Source: Minisyncoccota bacterium (GTDB taxonomy: Bacteria; Patescibacteriota; Minisyncoccia; Phycocordibacterales; UBA2100). Taken from it: 64,000 nucleotides of DNA. The stretch is from assembly GCA_043780835.1 (NCBI GenBank), contig JAYWCB010000002.1, positions 27,466 to 91,465 on the forward strand. The letters are read 5' to 3'. The position numbers were made by a program, and so were the translations under genes. Below are positions 17,790 to 28,530 of this stretch, one piece after another. The notes under the pieces are model-generated. The model was given only the letters and a program-made list of their open reading frames with translations. It ran no database searches and was not told where the DNA came from. Within the stretch, counting starts at the first letter, position 1. Every line of letters begins with the position of its first letter.

Positions 17790-20600
17790 TCATCCGATGA
17801 TATTGAGCGGGCCGCGCACGAGAGGCTCAACCGGCGAAAAACCGAATTTACGCCGAATGTCCGCTTCTACTACTTCACGCGGCGTACCATAGCGGGCATA
17901 CGACCGCTCCTTTAATTCATCAATACTGCTGTGGTCGAATTCAGGAAGCTGCAGCGTCTCGATGGTAAAGGGCTTTGCGGGCACGCCATTCACAAGCATC
18001 GCCGCAACCCCGGTCCGATTCGGCAGCTGTTCAAGATCTTTTGCGGTAAACTCCGGCGAAAATTGTTTCTCTAAGAACTCCGCGTCGGTCGTACCGACTC
18101 GCATGGCAATTTTGGTTCCGACGTTGCCTATCACCGCATCGCGGATGTCGTCTTCGAGCTGTGCCATAAACTGATGCGCGACAGTGAGCGACAATTTGTA
18201 TTTGCGCGCTTCGGAGAGAATCGTTGAGATGGAGGGTGTGACAAAGTTCTGGAATTCATCAATATAGAGATAGTGCGGAGGAAGCACGTCTTTCGTGTTG
18301 GCGCGCGAAAACGCGGCCTGGAGAAACTTCGACACAATTACGAGACCGAGCAACGCCGCGTTTTTATCGCCGAGCCGCCCCTTTGAGAGATTCGCAAGAA
18401 ATATTTTCTTGTTGTCCATGATATCGCGGAAGTTGAATGCGGATTTTTCCTGCGCAACGATCGGCCGCATAATGTCGTGACTAAGGAACGCATCGAACTT
18501 GCTGGTAATGTACGGCGCGATTGATTCAAGCCCTGCATCCCCTTCTGCCGCTTCGGCTATTTTGCGCCAAAACTGAATGACAATCGGATTGTTGCACCGT
18601 GAAATCTTGAGATCGCGGAACGCTTTGTCGGCGAACACGCGGGGAATTTCCACAAATGTGCAACCGGTTGCGGGATCCTCCACCACGAGCTGTACCGCAT
18701 TGCGATAATACTGTTCGAACATTGGTCCGAATGCTTCCGGCACATCTGAGTACAACTGCCGAAACACTCCATAGACTTCGTCGATCACAAACGATTTCAT
18801 TTCCGGTTTGGTCGTATCGTATTCGAGCATATTGAGCCCCATGGGCATGGCCGCATGCGCAGGGTCGAAATAAATGATGTCTTTTTTACGATCTTCCGGA
18901 ATCGCCGAAAGAATATTTTCTATATCGCTACCGTGGGGATCAATAAATGCGACTCCTTCGCCGTTCTTGATGTCCTGCAAAATCATATTCGTTATGAATC
19001 CCGTCTTACCGGTGCCAGTTTGCCCGATGATGTAGCAGTGTCGCAAGCGGTCTGCCGGTGCAAAATGAACCGCCGTTTCATCGGCACCGTAGCGGTTCGT
19101 ACCAAGCACGATACCGTCGCCGCCGATTTCGACTGGTGCAGGCGCCTGCTTGCCGTGCGATTTTTTGAGCTCGCGCGAGGTGGTCACACGTTCCGCCGTG
19201 AAGTGGAACATCGCATTTATTTCCGCGAGACAAAGCGGCACCGCAATCGATGCCTCAAACGAGCGGAATGTAAAATCGCGAAGAAAATTTGAAATACCCC
19301 AACTGGAAATCCGTTCGAATATAAAATGATTGCCGCGCGGATTATCGTACTGATTGAGACCGGACATCAGATTGCTCAGCATTTCTTCGGCGCGAGCGGC
19401 GGTATGCGCGGATGCAACAAGCCGCACCGTAACCGGTGCGATTCGTGTGTGCACTTTGCGCGTGAGTTCGTCGAGCGCGATCTGATCAACGGCATGGCGA
19501 TCGCGATGATCGTCTTTTTGCGAATTCGAACTCGAAAAAATATGCTTTCCTAAATCGCGGAATACTTCCCCGACTTCGGTTTCCGGTGCATGTAGTGCTT
19601 CGTTTATCGGAGTTCCCTGCTCAAGCTCACGGATAATTTTCTGGTAGTAGCGATTATAGCGGTCGCCTTCGGAACCGACGACCAATTGCAGTGCCGCACC
19701 TTCGCCGTGCTTTGCAATTTTTGCAAACGCAGCCAGGAGCACATTCATAGGATCGTGTTCGAACATGTCGGGTGTTTTTATAGGAAAGGACGGATGCTTT
19801 GCAAGGGTGCCATAGGCAGCAGCGTGCGAGCCTTCGTAATCGAAAATATTATAGTCACCGCGACTCTCAGAAATCGTCGCGTTGGGAAAAACTGATGAAA
19901 TGAGCCGCTCCGCCAGCGTTTTCTTCTCGCGCGGTACTGCCAGATAGAGCGTTGCGCTTTCGGAGCCCTGAGGCACCGCGATTTCAAGCGAGAAACCTTC
20001 GTGACGCTCGATGAGCGAGAGTAGGCCTGCGTACAACTGTTCAGACGGCGCGAGTAGTTGTTCCAGCTTCGTTGCCGCCTGATCATTTGAACTGTTCTCG
20101 CCGTGTGCTTGTGGACGCACTTCAAAAAGCACGAGGTGTAGTGCCCGCTTCACCTTTTCCGGAACTGATGATCCTTTGTCGGGCAATCCCTCTGCTACGT
20201 AGCGCACCAAGACCCTGTGAAAATCGTCTTCGAGGTGCGGGTTTTTTAGGCGCATTGCCACCGATAACGCATTTCTTATCCCCTGCGTTTCGATGATACT
20301 GATAAGCCCATCCAGCTGCTTGTCGTGCGCCTCCGGTTCGAGCTTCATAATCTGTCGCATGGTTTCATGCTCAGGCATGACTACGGTCTCGTGCAATATC
20401 TGCGCAGCCGGCATATCGGCATACTGCACAATTTCACGCTTTGCAATGCGTTCACTTTCGAATTTACCCGGTTGCAGCGATAACTCGCGCTCTTTTTGCG
20501 CGACCTGTTCACGCAAGTATGCCAATTCTTCTTCGGCAGATTTCAGCTTTTCGGTATTTGCGCGCGGGGTTATCCGTTCGCTGAGTATTCTCGGCTCCAT
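17790..20600 (-). CDS. VirD4/TraG/TrwB-type (type IV coupling protein-like) P-loop ATPase with about 470-aa N-terminal region
   Basis: Walker A IIGQTGTGKTGF followed by VAFIDPHGS (compare TrwB VIVDPNGD). Walker B YLYIDEFQNF. FtsK/HerA/VirD4 superfamily. Confidence 0.55.
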   Translation of the reverse strand: MEPRILSERITPRANTEKLKSAEEELAYLREQVAQKERELSLQPGKFESERIAKREIVQYADMPAAQILHETVVMPEHETMRQIMKLEPEAHDKQLDGLISIIETQGIRNALSVAMRLKNPHLEDDFHRVLVRYVAEGLPDKGSSVPEKVKRALHLVLFEVRPQAHGENSSNDQAATKLEQLLAPSEQLYAGLLSLIERHEGFSLEIAVPQGSESATLYLAVPREKKTLAERLISSVFPNATISESRGDYNIFDYEGSHAAAYGTLAKHPSFPIKTPDMFEHDPMNVLLAAFAKIAKHGEGAALQLVVGSEGDRYNRYYQKIIRELEQGTPINEALHAPETEVGEVFRDLGKHIFSSSNSQKDDHRDRHAVDQIALDELTRKVHTRIAPVTVRLVASAHTAARAEEMLSNLMSGLNQYDNPRGNHFIFERISSWGISNFLRDFTFRSFEASIAVPLCLAEINAMFHFTAERVTTSRELKKSHGKQAPAPVEIGGDGIVLGTNRYGADETAVHFAPADRLRHCYIIGQTGTGKTGFITNMILQDIKNGEGVAFIDPHGSDIENILSAIPEDRKKDIIYFDPAHAAMPMGLNMLEYDTTKPEMKSFVIDEVYGVFRQLYSDVPEAFGPMFEQYYRNAVQLVVEDPATGCTFVEIPRVFADKAFRDLKISRCNNPIVIQFWRKIAEAAEGDAGLESIAPYITSKFDAFLSHDIMRPIVAQEKSAFNFRDIMDNKKIFLANLSKGRLGDKNAALLGLVIVSKFLQAAFSRANTKDVLPPHYLYIDEFQNFVTPSISTILSEARKYKLSLTVAHQFMAQLEDDIRDAVIGNVGTKIAMRVGTTDAEFLEKQFSPEFTAKDLEQLPNRTGVAAMLVNGVPAKPFTIETLQLPEFDHSSIDELKERSYARYGTPREVVEADIRRKFGFSPVEPLVRGPLNIIG

Positions 20601-20629
20601 TCAAAAAGTATACCCTGTGAAATGTGACG

Positions 20630-21949
20630 CTAGTACTTGGGCATATTGCGGACATCTTTTAATCCAGGTTGGATCGACTTCATACCGATATCGCGTCGCA
20701 CATACGCTCCTTCAAACGCTATAGTATCAATTGCTATATACGCGAGTTCGAGCGCTCTATCAATCGGAGAACCCGTGGCTGAAACAGACAGTACCCGCCC
20801 ACCCGCCGTTTTAAGCGTATCAGCCTGCACCGTTCCTGCATGAAACACAACGACATTTTCAATGCGCTCTGCCTCTTTAACACCGGTGATTGTGTAGCCT
20901 GTTTTAAAGTCGTCGGGATATCCTGCAGACGCGAGCACAATGGTTACAGACCCCTCGGTGCCCCAGCGCGGCACGTGTGTGCCGATTCCACCGTCGACAC
21001 ATTCGTCCAGTAGGTCGAGTAAGTCGGACTCAAGCAATCGCATAAACGCCTGGCACTCGGGGTCGCCGAAGCGAGCGTTCAATTCGATGACTTTGGGTCC
21101 TTTTTCAGTAATCATAATGCCGGGAAACAGAACTCCCTGAAACGGCATGCCGCGATTCCCAAGGGCAAGAATGAGGGGCTTGATGATGGTGTTTTCAATC
21201 GCAACCATTGTTTCTGCGGTAACCCACGGTACCGGTGCAATCACACCCATGCCGCCGGTGTTTTTCCCTGTGTCACCATCACCGACACGTTTGTGATCTT
21301 GCGCCGATGGAAAGAGTGCGTAATTTACTCCATCGGTCATGGCATGTATAGAAATTTCCGCTCCGATCAAGAATTCTTCAATTATCACTTGCGTGCCCGC
21401 GTCACCATGTATTTTCCGCACCATAATATCGTCGATTGCAGTCTGGACCTGTTCCATCGTTTCGCAAATATAGACACCTTTGCCGCCGGCGAGTCCGTTG
21501 GCTTTTACTACGAGCGGCACATGAGAGGCTTTTGCGTATGCATGAGCTTCCGTTGCATCAAAAAATGAGCGAAACGCAGCAGTGGGTATGCGCGCCTCTT
21601 GCATGAGCTTCTTTGCAAATACCTTGGAGCTTTCAATCTGGGCTGCGGCTTTTGACGGACCAAAAATACGCAATCCCGATCGTTTAAACTGATCAACAAT
21701 GCCGTGTGCGAGCGGCTCATCGGGCCCGACCACGGTCAGGCCAATGTTTTTTGTCGAAGCAAACTTCGCGAGATCCGGAATATTGTCTGCGCGAATATCC
21801 ACATTTACACAAAATGTTTCAGTACCTGCATTGCCCGGGGCGACGTAGATTGTGCCAACACGATTCGATTGGGAAAGCTTCCACGCGAGCGCGTGCTCGC
21901 GTGCCCCGCTTCCCACGATCAAAATGTCTGTCTTTCCCGCGTCTGCCAT
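20630..21949 (-). CDS. purD: Phosphoribosylamine--glycine ligase
   Basis: ILIVGSGAREHALAWKL, ATP-grasp core, GGMG, about 430 aa. Confidence 0.9.
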   Translation of the reverse strand: MADAGKTDILIVGSGAREHALAWKLSQSNRVGTIYVAPGNAGTETFCVNVDIRADNIPDLAKFASTKNIGLTVVGPDEPLAHGIVDQFKRSGLRIFGPSKAAAQIESSKVFAKKLMQEARIPTAAFRSFFDATEAHAYAKASHVPLVVKANGLAGGKGVYICETMEQVQTAIDDIMVRKIHGDAGTQVIIEEFLIGAEISIHAMTDGVNYALFPSAQDHKRVGDGDTGKNTGGMGVIAPVPWVTAETMVAIENTIIKPLILALGNRGMPFQGVLFPGIMITEKGPKVIELNARFGDPECQAFMRLLESDLLDLLDECVDGGIGTHVPRWGTEGSVTIVLASAGYPDDFKTGYTITGVKEAERIENVVVFHAGTVQADTLKTAGGRVLSVSATGSPIDRALELAYIAIDTIAFEGAYVRRDIGMKSIQPGLKDVRNMPKY

Positions 21950-21958
21950 ACCGACAAA

Positions 21959-22546
21959 CTATACACCGTCGGACTGATGCGGATACCGTCTCTTTAAAAT
22001 AATAACGAGCGCCATTACCCCGTTAATGACAACGAGATACACGGGAAATGCGTATGCAATAAATGAAGGTGGAGCCACAATAAAACTTGCAATAACGCTG
22101 AGCCCTGCAGCAACGTACGCGAACGCCGTTTCTGTCTCGGGATCGGTCCATGATTTAAACAAGGTCGGCAATGCCGCGAAGGCATCAGCAATGATGGCAA
22201 ATATTATTGCAATAACAGGCTCTCGCGTTACTGCCCACAGTATAAGTGCGAGCACAGAAAACGCGCCGCAGGCATAGTCGAATTTTTCAAGCTTCCAGTA
22301 AGCGTTTGAGTTCCAAAATGATGCTGCAAATACGAGCAAGGGACAAAGGCCCGTCATCAGCACTGGAACTACCGCCCATGACACGCCCCCATAGAATGCC
22401 GCTACCGCTCCAATAAGTGGAGCTATAGACCATAAAAACCACGTCACCCGATTCGGTTTGGTACTTCCTCGAAGTGTATCCCGAATGTAGGTATAGGTCC
22501 CAGCAAAATTGATAAGCACGCCGAGGATAACGACGGCTTGGACCAT
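21959..22546 (-). CDS. Hypothetical 6-TM membrane protein
   Basis: Hydrophobic ORF immediately downstream of map. Confidence 0.4.
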   Translation of the reverse strand: MVQAVVILGVLINFAGTYTYIRDTLRGSTKPNRVTWFLWSIAPLIGAVAAFYGGVSWAVVPVLMTGLCPLLVFAASFWNSNAYWKLEKFDYACGAFSVLALILWAVTREPVIAIIFAIIADAFAALPTLFKSWTDPETETAFAYVAAGLSVIASFIVAPPSFIAYAFPVYLVVINGVMALVIILKRRYPHQSDGV

Positions 22547-22548
22547 AG

Positions 22549-23319
22549 TTATTCTTTAGTCAAAATTTCCGGGCCATCGGCAGTGATCATGACGGTGTGT
22601 TCACTGTGCGCACTATGGGAGCCGTCTTTTGTGCGGTATGAATGTCCGTCATCATCTACAACAAGTACACCTGAACCAAGTGTAAACATCGGCTCGATTG
22701 CAATCACGAGACCTTCCACGAGTTCGTCACCGCTTCCCGGTGCGCCGAAGTTCGGTACATACGGCTCTTCATGCACTTTTGTGCCGACGCCGTGACCGGA
22801 AAGGTTCTTCGGGTAGCCGAAGCCGTTTTTCTTGGCGAAGCGCTCCACTGCATAGCCGATATCCCCTGTCATCTTTCCCATCTGCGCTTGCTCAATGCCG
22901 AGCAAGAGCGCTTCGTGTGTGCCGCGTACGAGGCGAAGATCTTCCGGATTATGCTTCGTCCCAGCAATGACCGTTGCTGCGTGATCGGTGAAAAGTCCGC
23001 GATGTTTGATGCCGAAATCGATACAGACCACGTCACCCTCTTCGATGAGCATATTGTTTACCGCTGCCGGCGAATGCACGATTACATCGTTGACCGATAC
23101 GCAGAGCGCTGACGGATACGGATGTTCATCTTTCTTTCCCTTGTAGCCCAGAAACGCCGGTTCGTCTCCGTCTTTGGCGACCATCTCGCGAGCAACTTTC
23201 TCGAGCTCAGCGGACGTGACTCCCGGTTTGACCATTTCAGAGATAATGCGCACGTGTCGCGCGAGACGGCGACCGCCTTCGCGCAGGATTTCAATTTGCT
23301 CTTGTGTAGTTGCAATCAT
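22549..23319 (-). CDS. map: Methionine aminopeptidase type I
   Basis: GDVVCIDFG...HRGLFTDHAATV, HGVG, EPMFTLG metal-ligand motifs. Confidence 0.9.
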   Translation of the reverse strand: MIATTQEQIEILREGGRRLARHVRIISEMVKPGVTSAELEKVAREMVAKDGDEPAFLGYKGKKDEHPYPSALCVSVNDVIVHSPAAVNNMLIEEGDVVCIDFGIKHRGLFTDHAATVIAGTKHNPEDLRLVRGTHEALLLGIEQAQMGKMTGDIGYAVERFAKKNGFGYPKNLSGHGVGTKVHEEPYVPNFGAPGSGDELVEGLVIAIEPMFTLGSGVLVVDDDGHSYRTKDGSHSAHSEHTVMITADGPEILTKE

Positions 23320-23909
23320 ACAAGCTTGAGCGAAGCGACGATATTATTGTGAATAGTTTCCACTTCGGGTTCGCCGTCGATCTCGTGCACGGTCCAGCCC
23401 AGTGTACCCAATTCATTTATCGCAGGAACCACATGTTCCTCGTACCACGAAAACCGTGCTGCAATAAGTTCGTCACGCGCATCGTCGGCGCGACCCCGTG
23501 CAACTAATCGCGCTTTGGCGCTCGCCGGTGTGAGCGTGAGCACAACGACCTGCAGATTCGTGCGATCGAATAGCTGCATCATGTCGTTTACGGCGCGGGA
23601 TTGATCCGGGCGACGGCAGGTTCCGTCAAGAATCAAATTCTCAGTACCGCTGAAAGTCTTGTTCAGCATTTCTGTCAGCATAAATATCGGCATGAACGAC
23701 GGCACCAACCCTCCCGCAGAAACGATCTCCCCAGTTTTTGCTGCGAGCGGCGTGCCGCTCTGCATAAACGTGCGCAAGAGACTACCCATTTCGGGGCGCA
23801 CGACAGCACGCTCCGTATCATGCTCAGTAAGATATTTTTCCAATAAGTCACACTGTGTCCCCTTACCCGATCCCGAGATGCCAAAAAATACGACAGAGAG
23901 GGGTTCCAT
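23316..23909 (-). CDS. adk: Adenylate kinase (short type)
   Basis: VVFFGISGSGKGTQ P-loop, ILDGTCRR (LDGFPR-like), RADD region. Confidence 0.8.
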   Translation of the reverse strand: MEPLSVVFFGISGSGKGTQCDLLEKYLTEHDTERAVVRPEMGSLLRTFMQSGTPLAAKTGEIVSAGGLVPSFMPIFMLTEMLNKTFSGTENLILDGTCRRPDQSRAVNDMMQLFDRTNLQVVVLTLTPASAKARLVARGRADDARDELIAARFSWYEEHVVPAINELGTLGWTVHEIDGEPEVETIHNNIVASLKLV

Positions 23910-24044
23910 ACCCCTACACACGAAACGGCATCGTGCTACCCGCACACTCCGTTACATTAGCGCTCGTAAAAGCCGAATCTTTCAGATGATTTGCATTCAT
24001 ACCAATATTTGAATATTTATGCCGCTTCGTGTGTCGGGGCATAA

Positions 24045-24623
24045 TTATTCAAGAGTATAGCCCTGTTTCTTTAAAATATCGACAACAGATTCAACAGCAT
24101 GATCGAGTTGTCCTTGTGCATTAATGACCGTGAAATCGTACTCTTTTACATCTTCTTCCATTTCTCGTTTTCCGATTGCCAGACGCTCCATAACCTCGGC
24201 GTCATCCATATCGGGATTGCGCGAGCGTATGCGATATTCCAACACTTCCGGAGAATCAGGTATTACGAATATGATGACCGCCCCGTAGAGTTCTTTCAGT
24301 CGTCTCGCGCCAATAATATCCAAATGCGCGAGTACAATTTTGCCCTGACCGAGCTTTGTATCAATATCGGGTTTATAGACACCGTAATGGGTTCCGAGAC
24401 CTTTTACATCGCGATGTTCCAGAATGTCACCGTTTTCGAGCGCCACCATAAACTGCTCGGTTGAAAGAAAATGGTAATCGATTCCGTCTTGTTCCCCGTT
24501 GCGGGGCTGGCGCGTTGTCGCGGTTACCAGACGCGCGCACATAGGATACCGCTCGACGAGCTGATCGAGAATCGAATTCTTTCCCCCGCCCGACGGCCCG
24601 GCGATGACCGCAACGTTCTTCAT
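24045..24623 (-). CDS. gmk: Guanylate kinase
   Basis: IAGPSGGGKNSI, VTATTRQPRNGEQDGIDYHFL, YGV. Confidence 0.8.
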   Translation of the reverse strand: MKNVAVIAGPSGGGKNSILDQLVERYPMCARLVTATTRQPRNGEQDGIDYHFLSTEQFMVALENGDILEHRDVKGLGTHYGVYKPDIDTKLGQGKIVLAHLDIIGARRLKELYGAVIIFVIPDSPEVLEYRIRSRNPDMDDAEVMERLAIGKREMEEDVKEYDFTVINAQGQLDHAVESVVDILKKQGYTLE

Positions 24624-24694
24624 GTCGAGACAGTATCACAAATCAAACAAAAAACCCCACACACGTGGGGTTTTTTGTGGTTTGTGAGCGAGTC

Positions 24695-25969
24695 TTAGTA
24701 CTCGCGAATTGATGTTTGGGCGTCGATCTTTTTAACAAGGTCGAGGACGACCGAGACTGCGATCAAGAGTGCAGTACCACCGATCGAAACTGCCGTAATG
24801 CCCGTGATCGCCTGCAAAGCGATCGGAGCAACCGCAAGCACACCAAGGAAGAGCGCCCCTACCAATGTGATGCGCGTGATGATGTTGCCCAAGTAGTCTG
24901 CTGTCGTGTTGCCTGGACGAACGCCTGGAATGAACGCACCGTTTTTCTGCAAGTTTTTAGCAATCTGGTGCGGCTCGAATGTGATTGCCGTATAGAAGTA
25001 CGTGAACATAACCACAAAGAAGAAGTAGAGCCCTCCGTAAATCCATTGATTCGCGAGACCGGTTACAACTGCGTGTGCTGCATTTGCAATCCACGCGATG
25101 TGCACACGCGCAAGGAAGGTCGCGATCATCTGCGGAAACAAGAGGAACGAAAGCGCAAAGATAATCGGAATCACACCGGCCTGATTTACCCGAAGTGGCA
25201 AGTACGTGGATACCCCGCCCATCACTTTCATCCCCCGCACGCGGCGCGCGTAGGTCACCGGAATGGGGCGTTCCGCTTCAGTGATGTATACAACTCCCGC
25301 CATGATCGCAATGCCGGCAGCCAAGAAGCCGAGGTACGCGGGCGCCTGCGACGCATCAAATGCGAAGAGTGTTTGCGAGATGTTGGCCGGAATGCGCGAC
25401 ACGATACCCGCAAAGATGATGAGCGATACACCGTTTCCGACGCCGAATTCAGAAATGAGTTCACCGATCCACATCAAGAGGATAGATCCTGCGGCGATAA
25501 CGGTGACGTTGGTAACGAGACCGATAAGCGAAAGTGAGGGCACAATGCCGTTTTGCTGCAGCAACAAGAGAAACGCAAACGCCTGGATAAATGCGAGCGG
25601 AATAGCGAGGTAGCGGGAATACTGTGAGAACCGCTGACGACCGGCGTCTCCCTCTTCCTGATACATCTCTTTCAAGCGAGGAATGAGGATTGTCATGAGC
25701 TGCATCACGATTGATGCCGTGATGTACGGACCGACGCCGAGCATGACGATAGAGAGATTCGAAAATCCGCCACCCGAGAAAATATTTAACAGACCAAAGA
25801 ATTGGTTATTCGAAAGGAAGGCCTCGAGCTGTTGTGCGTCGATGCCCGGAACCGGAATAGCCGCCAAGAAGCGGAATACCACAAGTGCACCGAGGACGAA
25901 AAGGATGCGGCTTCGCAACCCCTCGTCTTCGAACACAAGTTTTGTTTTTCGAAGGAAGGATTCAAACAT
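24695..25969 (-). CDS. secY: Preprotein translocase subunit SecY
   Basis: RILFVLGALVVFRFLAAIPVPGID, 10 TM helices, about 420 aa. Confidence 0.9.
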   Translation of the reverse strand: MFESFLRKTKLVFEDEGLRSRILFVLGALVVFRFLAAIPVPGIDAQQLEAFLSNNQFFGLLNIFSGGGFSNLSIVMLGVGPYITASIVMQLMTILIPRLKEMYQEEGDAGRQRFSQYSRYLAIPLAFIQAFAFLLLLQQNGIVPSLSLIGLVTNVTVIAAGSILLMWIGELISEFGVGNGVSLIIFAGIVSRIPANISQTLFAFDASQAPAYLGFLAAGIAIMAGVVYITEAERPIPVTYARRVRGMKVMGGVSTYLPLRVNQAGVIPIIFALSFLLFPQMIATFLARVHIAWIANAAHAVVTGLANQWIYGGLYFFFVVMFTYFYTAITFEPHQIAKNLQKNGAFIPGVRPGNTTADYLGNIITRITLVGALFLGVLAVAPIALQAITGITAVSIGGTALLIAVSVVLDLVKKIDAQTSIREY

Positions 25970-25975
25970 AGAATG

Positions 25976-26416
25976 TTATTTAACCGCAACGGTGCCGCCC
26001 GCTTTCTCGACTACCGCTTTCGCGGAGCCGGTTACACGGACGCCCGTAAATGAATACTTTTTGGAGGTTTCGCCGGCAACGATGGTAACCGGCTGGCTCT
26101 TGCGAGCGAGACCCAAGTCCACAATCATCTGCTTTGTGACGTTTCCTGCCGCAAAGATCGCATCGATCTTCGTGAGTGAGATAGCGCGCGCATCCTGACC
26201 GGGAATGACGGTGCGTCCGCGGTTTTTACCGTATCCGCGACGCTTCGGAAGCTTTTTGATGATATCGCGCATTTCTGGGCGCACCTTGTGACCCGCACGT
26301 GCGGTCTGTCCCTTACCACCGCGACCTGACTGCTTGCCACGGGTAGAACCCTGGCCACGTCCGACGCGTCGGTATGGTCGCTTTCCTGATCGTTTGAGTT
26401 CGTTGAGCGTTGCCAT
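25976..26416 (-). CDS. rplO: 50S ribosomal protein L15
   Basis: LNELKRSGKRPYRRVGRGQGSTRGKQSGRGGKGQ. Confidence 0.9.
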   Translation of the reverse strand: MATLNELKRSGKRPYRRVGRGQGSTRGKQSGRGGKGQTARAGHKVRPEMRDIIKKLPKRRGYGKNRGRTVIPGQDARAISLTKIDAIFAAGNVTKQMIVDLGLARKSQPVTIVAGETSKKYSFTGVRVTGSAKAVVEKAGGTVAVK

Positions 26417-26417
26417 A

Positions 26418-27029
26418 TTATTTTGTTGAGACGGATGCGAGTGCCTGTAGTGCTGCGCGTGCGTTGTTGATCGGATTCTTTGAGCGCGAGAGCAATTTTG
26501 CAGTCACGTCTGATACTCCTGCCATTTCAAGGACGGAGCGCACCGATGAACCTGCAACCAGGCCGCGGCCCGGAGATGGTCGAATTTCTACCACCGATGC
26601 ACAAAACTTTGCTTCGACGTTGTGCTTAATGGATCGGTTTTTGGTGAGATTGAGTGTAATCATGTGGCGCTTTGCATGGCGAGTCGCCTTTTCGATTGCG
26701 AGTTGTGTGTCTGCAGCTTTGCCTACACCCACTCCCACGCGGCCCTTCTTGTCGCCAATAACGATTGCAACAGAGAAATTGAAACGACGACCTCCTGCCA
26801 TCACACGGGCAACGCGGCGAATCCCGATCATCTTCTGGGCAAACTCACTGCGCTCGCGTTCCGGACGATTTCCTCCACGTCGTGGACCACGTTGACCGGG
26901 ACCGCCGCGGCGATCACGATTTTCGCGACCCTGGGAACGAGCCGGCCGTTCTGCAACAGCTGCAGGCGCTGCACCCTCTGCGGGCGCTGCCTGTGTCGCA
27001 TCCATATTCTGTTGTGTTTCGTCAGCCAT
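26418..27029 (-). CDS. rpsE: 30S ribosomal protein S5 (N-terminal extension)
   Basis: RRFNFSVAIVIGDKKGRVGVGVGKAADTQLAIEKA...LEMAGVSDV. Directly abuts rplO; no L30 gene between. Confidence 0.9.
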   Translation of the reverse strand: MADETQQNMDATQAAPAEGAAPAAVAERPARSQGRENRDRRGGPGQRGPRRGGNRPERERSEFAQKMIGIRRVARVMAGGRRFNFSVAIVIGDKKGRVGVGVGKAADTQLAIEKATRHAKRHMITLNLTKNRSIKHNVEAKFCASVVEIRPSPGRGLVAGSSVRSVLEMAGVSDVTAKLLSRSKNPINNARAALQALASVSTK

Positions 27030-27038
27030 AGTAAATGT

Positions 27039-27383
27039 TTAAAATTCTAATCCTGCGCCCCGTGCGGCGTCTGCAAATGCTTTAATAGTTCCGACATACT
27101 GGAAGCCGCCGCGATCAAACACGACCGCCTTGATTCCCTTCTCAACGGCGATCTTTGCAATCGCTACCGCAGCCTGTTCAGCGCGCTCGCGCGGAGTCTT
27201 TCCCTTTTCGTTTGCCGATGATGCTGCGGCGAGCGTAACCCCCTTGTCGTCATCGATAATCTGCGCAGTAAGACGCGTGTTGGACTTGTAAATCGAAAGA
27301 CGCGGACGGGATTCCGTGCCGGAAACACCTGCGCGTACGCGTCGGTGTCGTCGTTCTCGTTGTTCTCGTTTAGTGAGTGCCAT
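27039..27383 (-). CDS. rplR: 50S ribosomal protein L18
   Basis: [34 protein letters not shown]. Confidence 0.9.
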   Translation of the reverse strand: MALTKREQRERRHRRVRAGVSGTESRPRLSIYKSNTRLTAQIIDDDKGVTLAAASSANEKGKTPRERAEQAAVAIAKIAVEKGIKAVVFDRGGFQYVGTIKAFADAARGAGLEF

Positions 27384-27391
27384 ACAAATAT

Positions 27392-27928
27392 TTATCCAGC
27401 TACCTTCTTACCTTGTTTCATGCGCACGACTTCGCCTTCGTATCGAATGCCCTTGCCCTTGTACGGCTCCGGCTTTTTGATTGCGCGAACCGATGCGGCA
27501 AACTGACCGACCGATTCTTTATCTGCGCCCGATACGGAGATAATGTTCTTTTCTACCAATACTGCGACTCCGTGCGGAATTGCAACCAAAACTGGATGCG
27601 AAAAGCCGAGTGCCATTTTGAGATTGGTTCCCTGCATTTCTGCTTTATAGCCGATGCCTTCGATCTGAAGCTTTTTGATGAACGGCGTGTTGACCCCCGA
27701 GATCATGTTGCGCACGTGTGCGGCATAGGTTCCCCACAATGCCTTTGCGAGGCGTGAGTTGTTGGCCGGGTTCACGGTCACATTTTGGCCGTCGATTGTA
27801 ACGGTAACTGCCGGATGGACCATTTTTGTGAGCGTGCCGCCCTTGCCTTTGACGATCAATTCCATCGAAACAACCGAGACTTCGGTGCCCGCAGGGATGA
27901 TTATTTCTTTTTTGCCGACTCGTGACAT
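27392..27928 (-). CDS. rplF: 50S ribosomal protein L6
   Basis: [19 protein letters not shown]...GIGYKAE. Start set at MSRVGKK. Confidence 0.9.
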   Translation of the reverse strand: MSRVGKKEIIIPAGTEVSVVSMELIVKGKGGTLTKMVHPAVTVTIDGQNVTVNPANNSRLAKALWGTYAAHVRNMISGVNTPFIKKLQIEGIGYKAEMQGTNLKMALGFSHPVLVAIPHGVAVLVEKNIISVSGADKESVGQFAASVRAIKKPEPYKGKGIRYEGEVVRMKQGKKVAG

Positions 27929-27947
27929 ACAAATATAAATACGATGA

Positions 27948-28343
27948 TTACCAAATCTGGAAAAGCGCTTCGCCGCCGATGTTTTCTTTGCGCGCCTCCT
28001 TATCAGTCTTAATGCCTTTCGGAGTTGAGAGAATGAGTGAGCCGTGTCCGTAACGCACGCGCACGATTTCGCCCGCACGCTTGTATACACGTCGGCCCGG
28101 CTTTGAAATGCGCTTTACGCCCTGGATGATGTGCGTGCCCTCTGAATCGTATTTCAAGGTAACGTCGAGTGTCTTCTTGACCTTCTTACCCTTCTTTTCG
28201 ATTGCTGCGATGTACCCCGCCTCCTTGAGCTTCTCAGCGATTGCAGCCTTGAATGTGGAGTACGGCAAAGATACGACTGCGTGCTTAACAGCGCCGGCGT
28301 TGGTGAGGCGTGTGATGAAATCTGCTACGGGATCTGTGACCAT
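27948..28343 (-). CDS. rpsH: 30S ribosomal protein S8
   Basis: MVTDPVADFITRLTNA...GEALFQIW. Confidence 0.9.
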   Translation of the reverse strand: MVTDPVADFITRLTNAGAVKHAVVSLPYSTFKAAIAEKLKEAGYIAAIEKKGKKVKKTLDVTLKYDSEGTHIIQGVKRISKPGRRVYKRAGEIVRVRYGHGSLILSTPKGIKTDKEARKENIGGEALFQIW

Positions 28344-28344
28344 A

Positions 28345-28530
28345 TTACCAAGATGACTTTTTAACTCCGGGGATATTTCCTTCGAGCGCTTCTTCACGGA
28401 AGCAGATGCGGCAGAGGTTGAAGTCACGCATAAACCCGCGCGGACGTCCGCACTTGAAACAGCGACGTACTGTGCGCGAAGAAAACTTCGGGACGCGGTT
28501 TGCCTTTGCGATCATTGATTTCTTTGCCAT
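28345..28530 (-). CDS. rpsZ: 30S ribosomal protein S14 type Z (zinc-binding)
   Basis: [46 protein letters not shown]. Confidence 0.9.
   Translation of the reverse strand: MAKKSMIAKANRVPKFSSRTVRRCFKCGRPRGFMRDFNLCRICFREEALEGNIPGVKKSSW

Noticed and set aside
24716-25537. 273-aa plus-strand ORF (Arg/Asp/Glu-rich)
   Set aside because: Entirely antisense to secY, with low-complexity charged composition. A typical shadow ORF of a GC-skewed membrane-protein gene.
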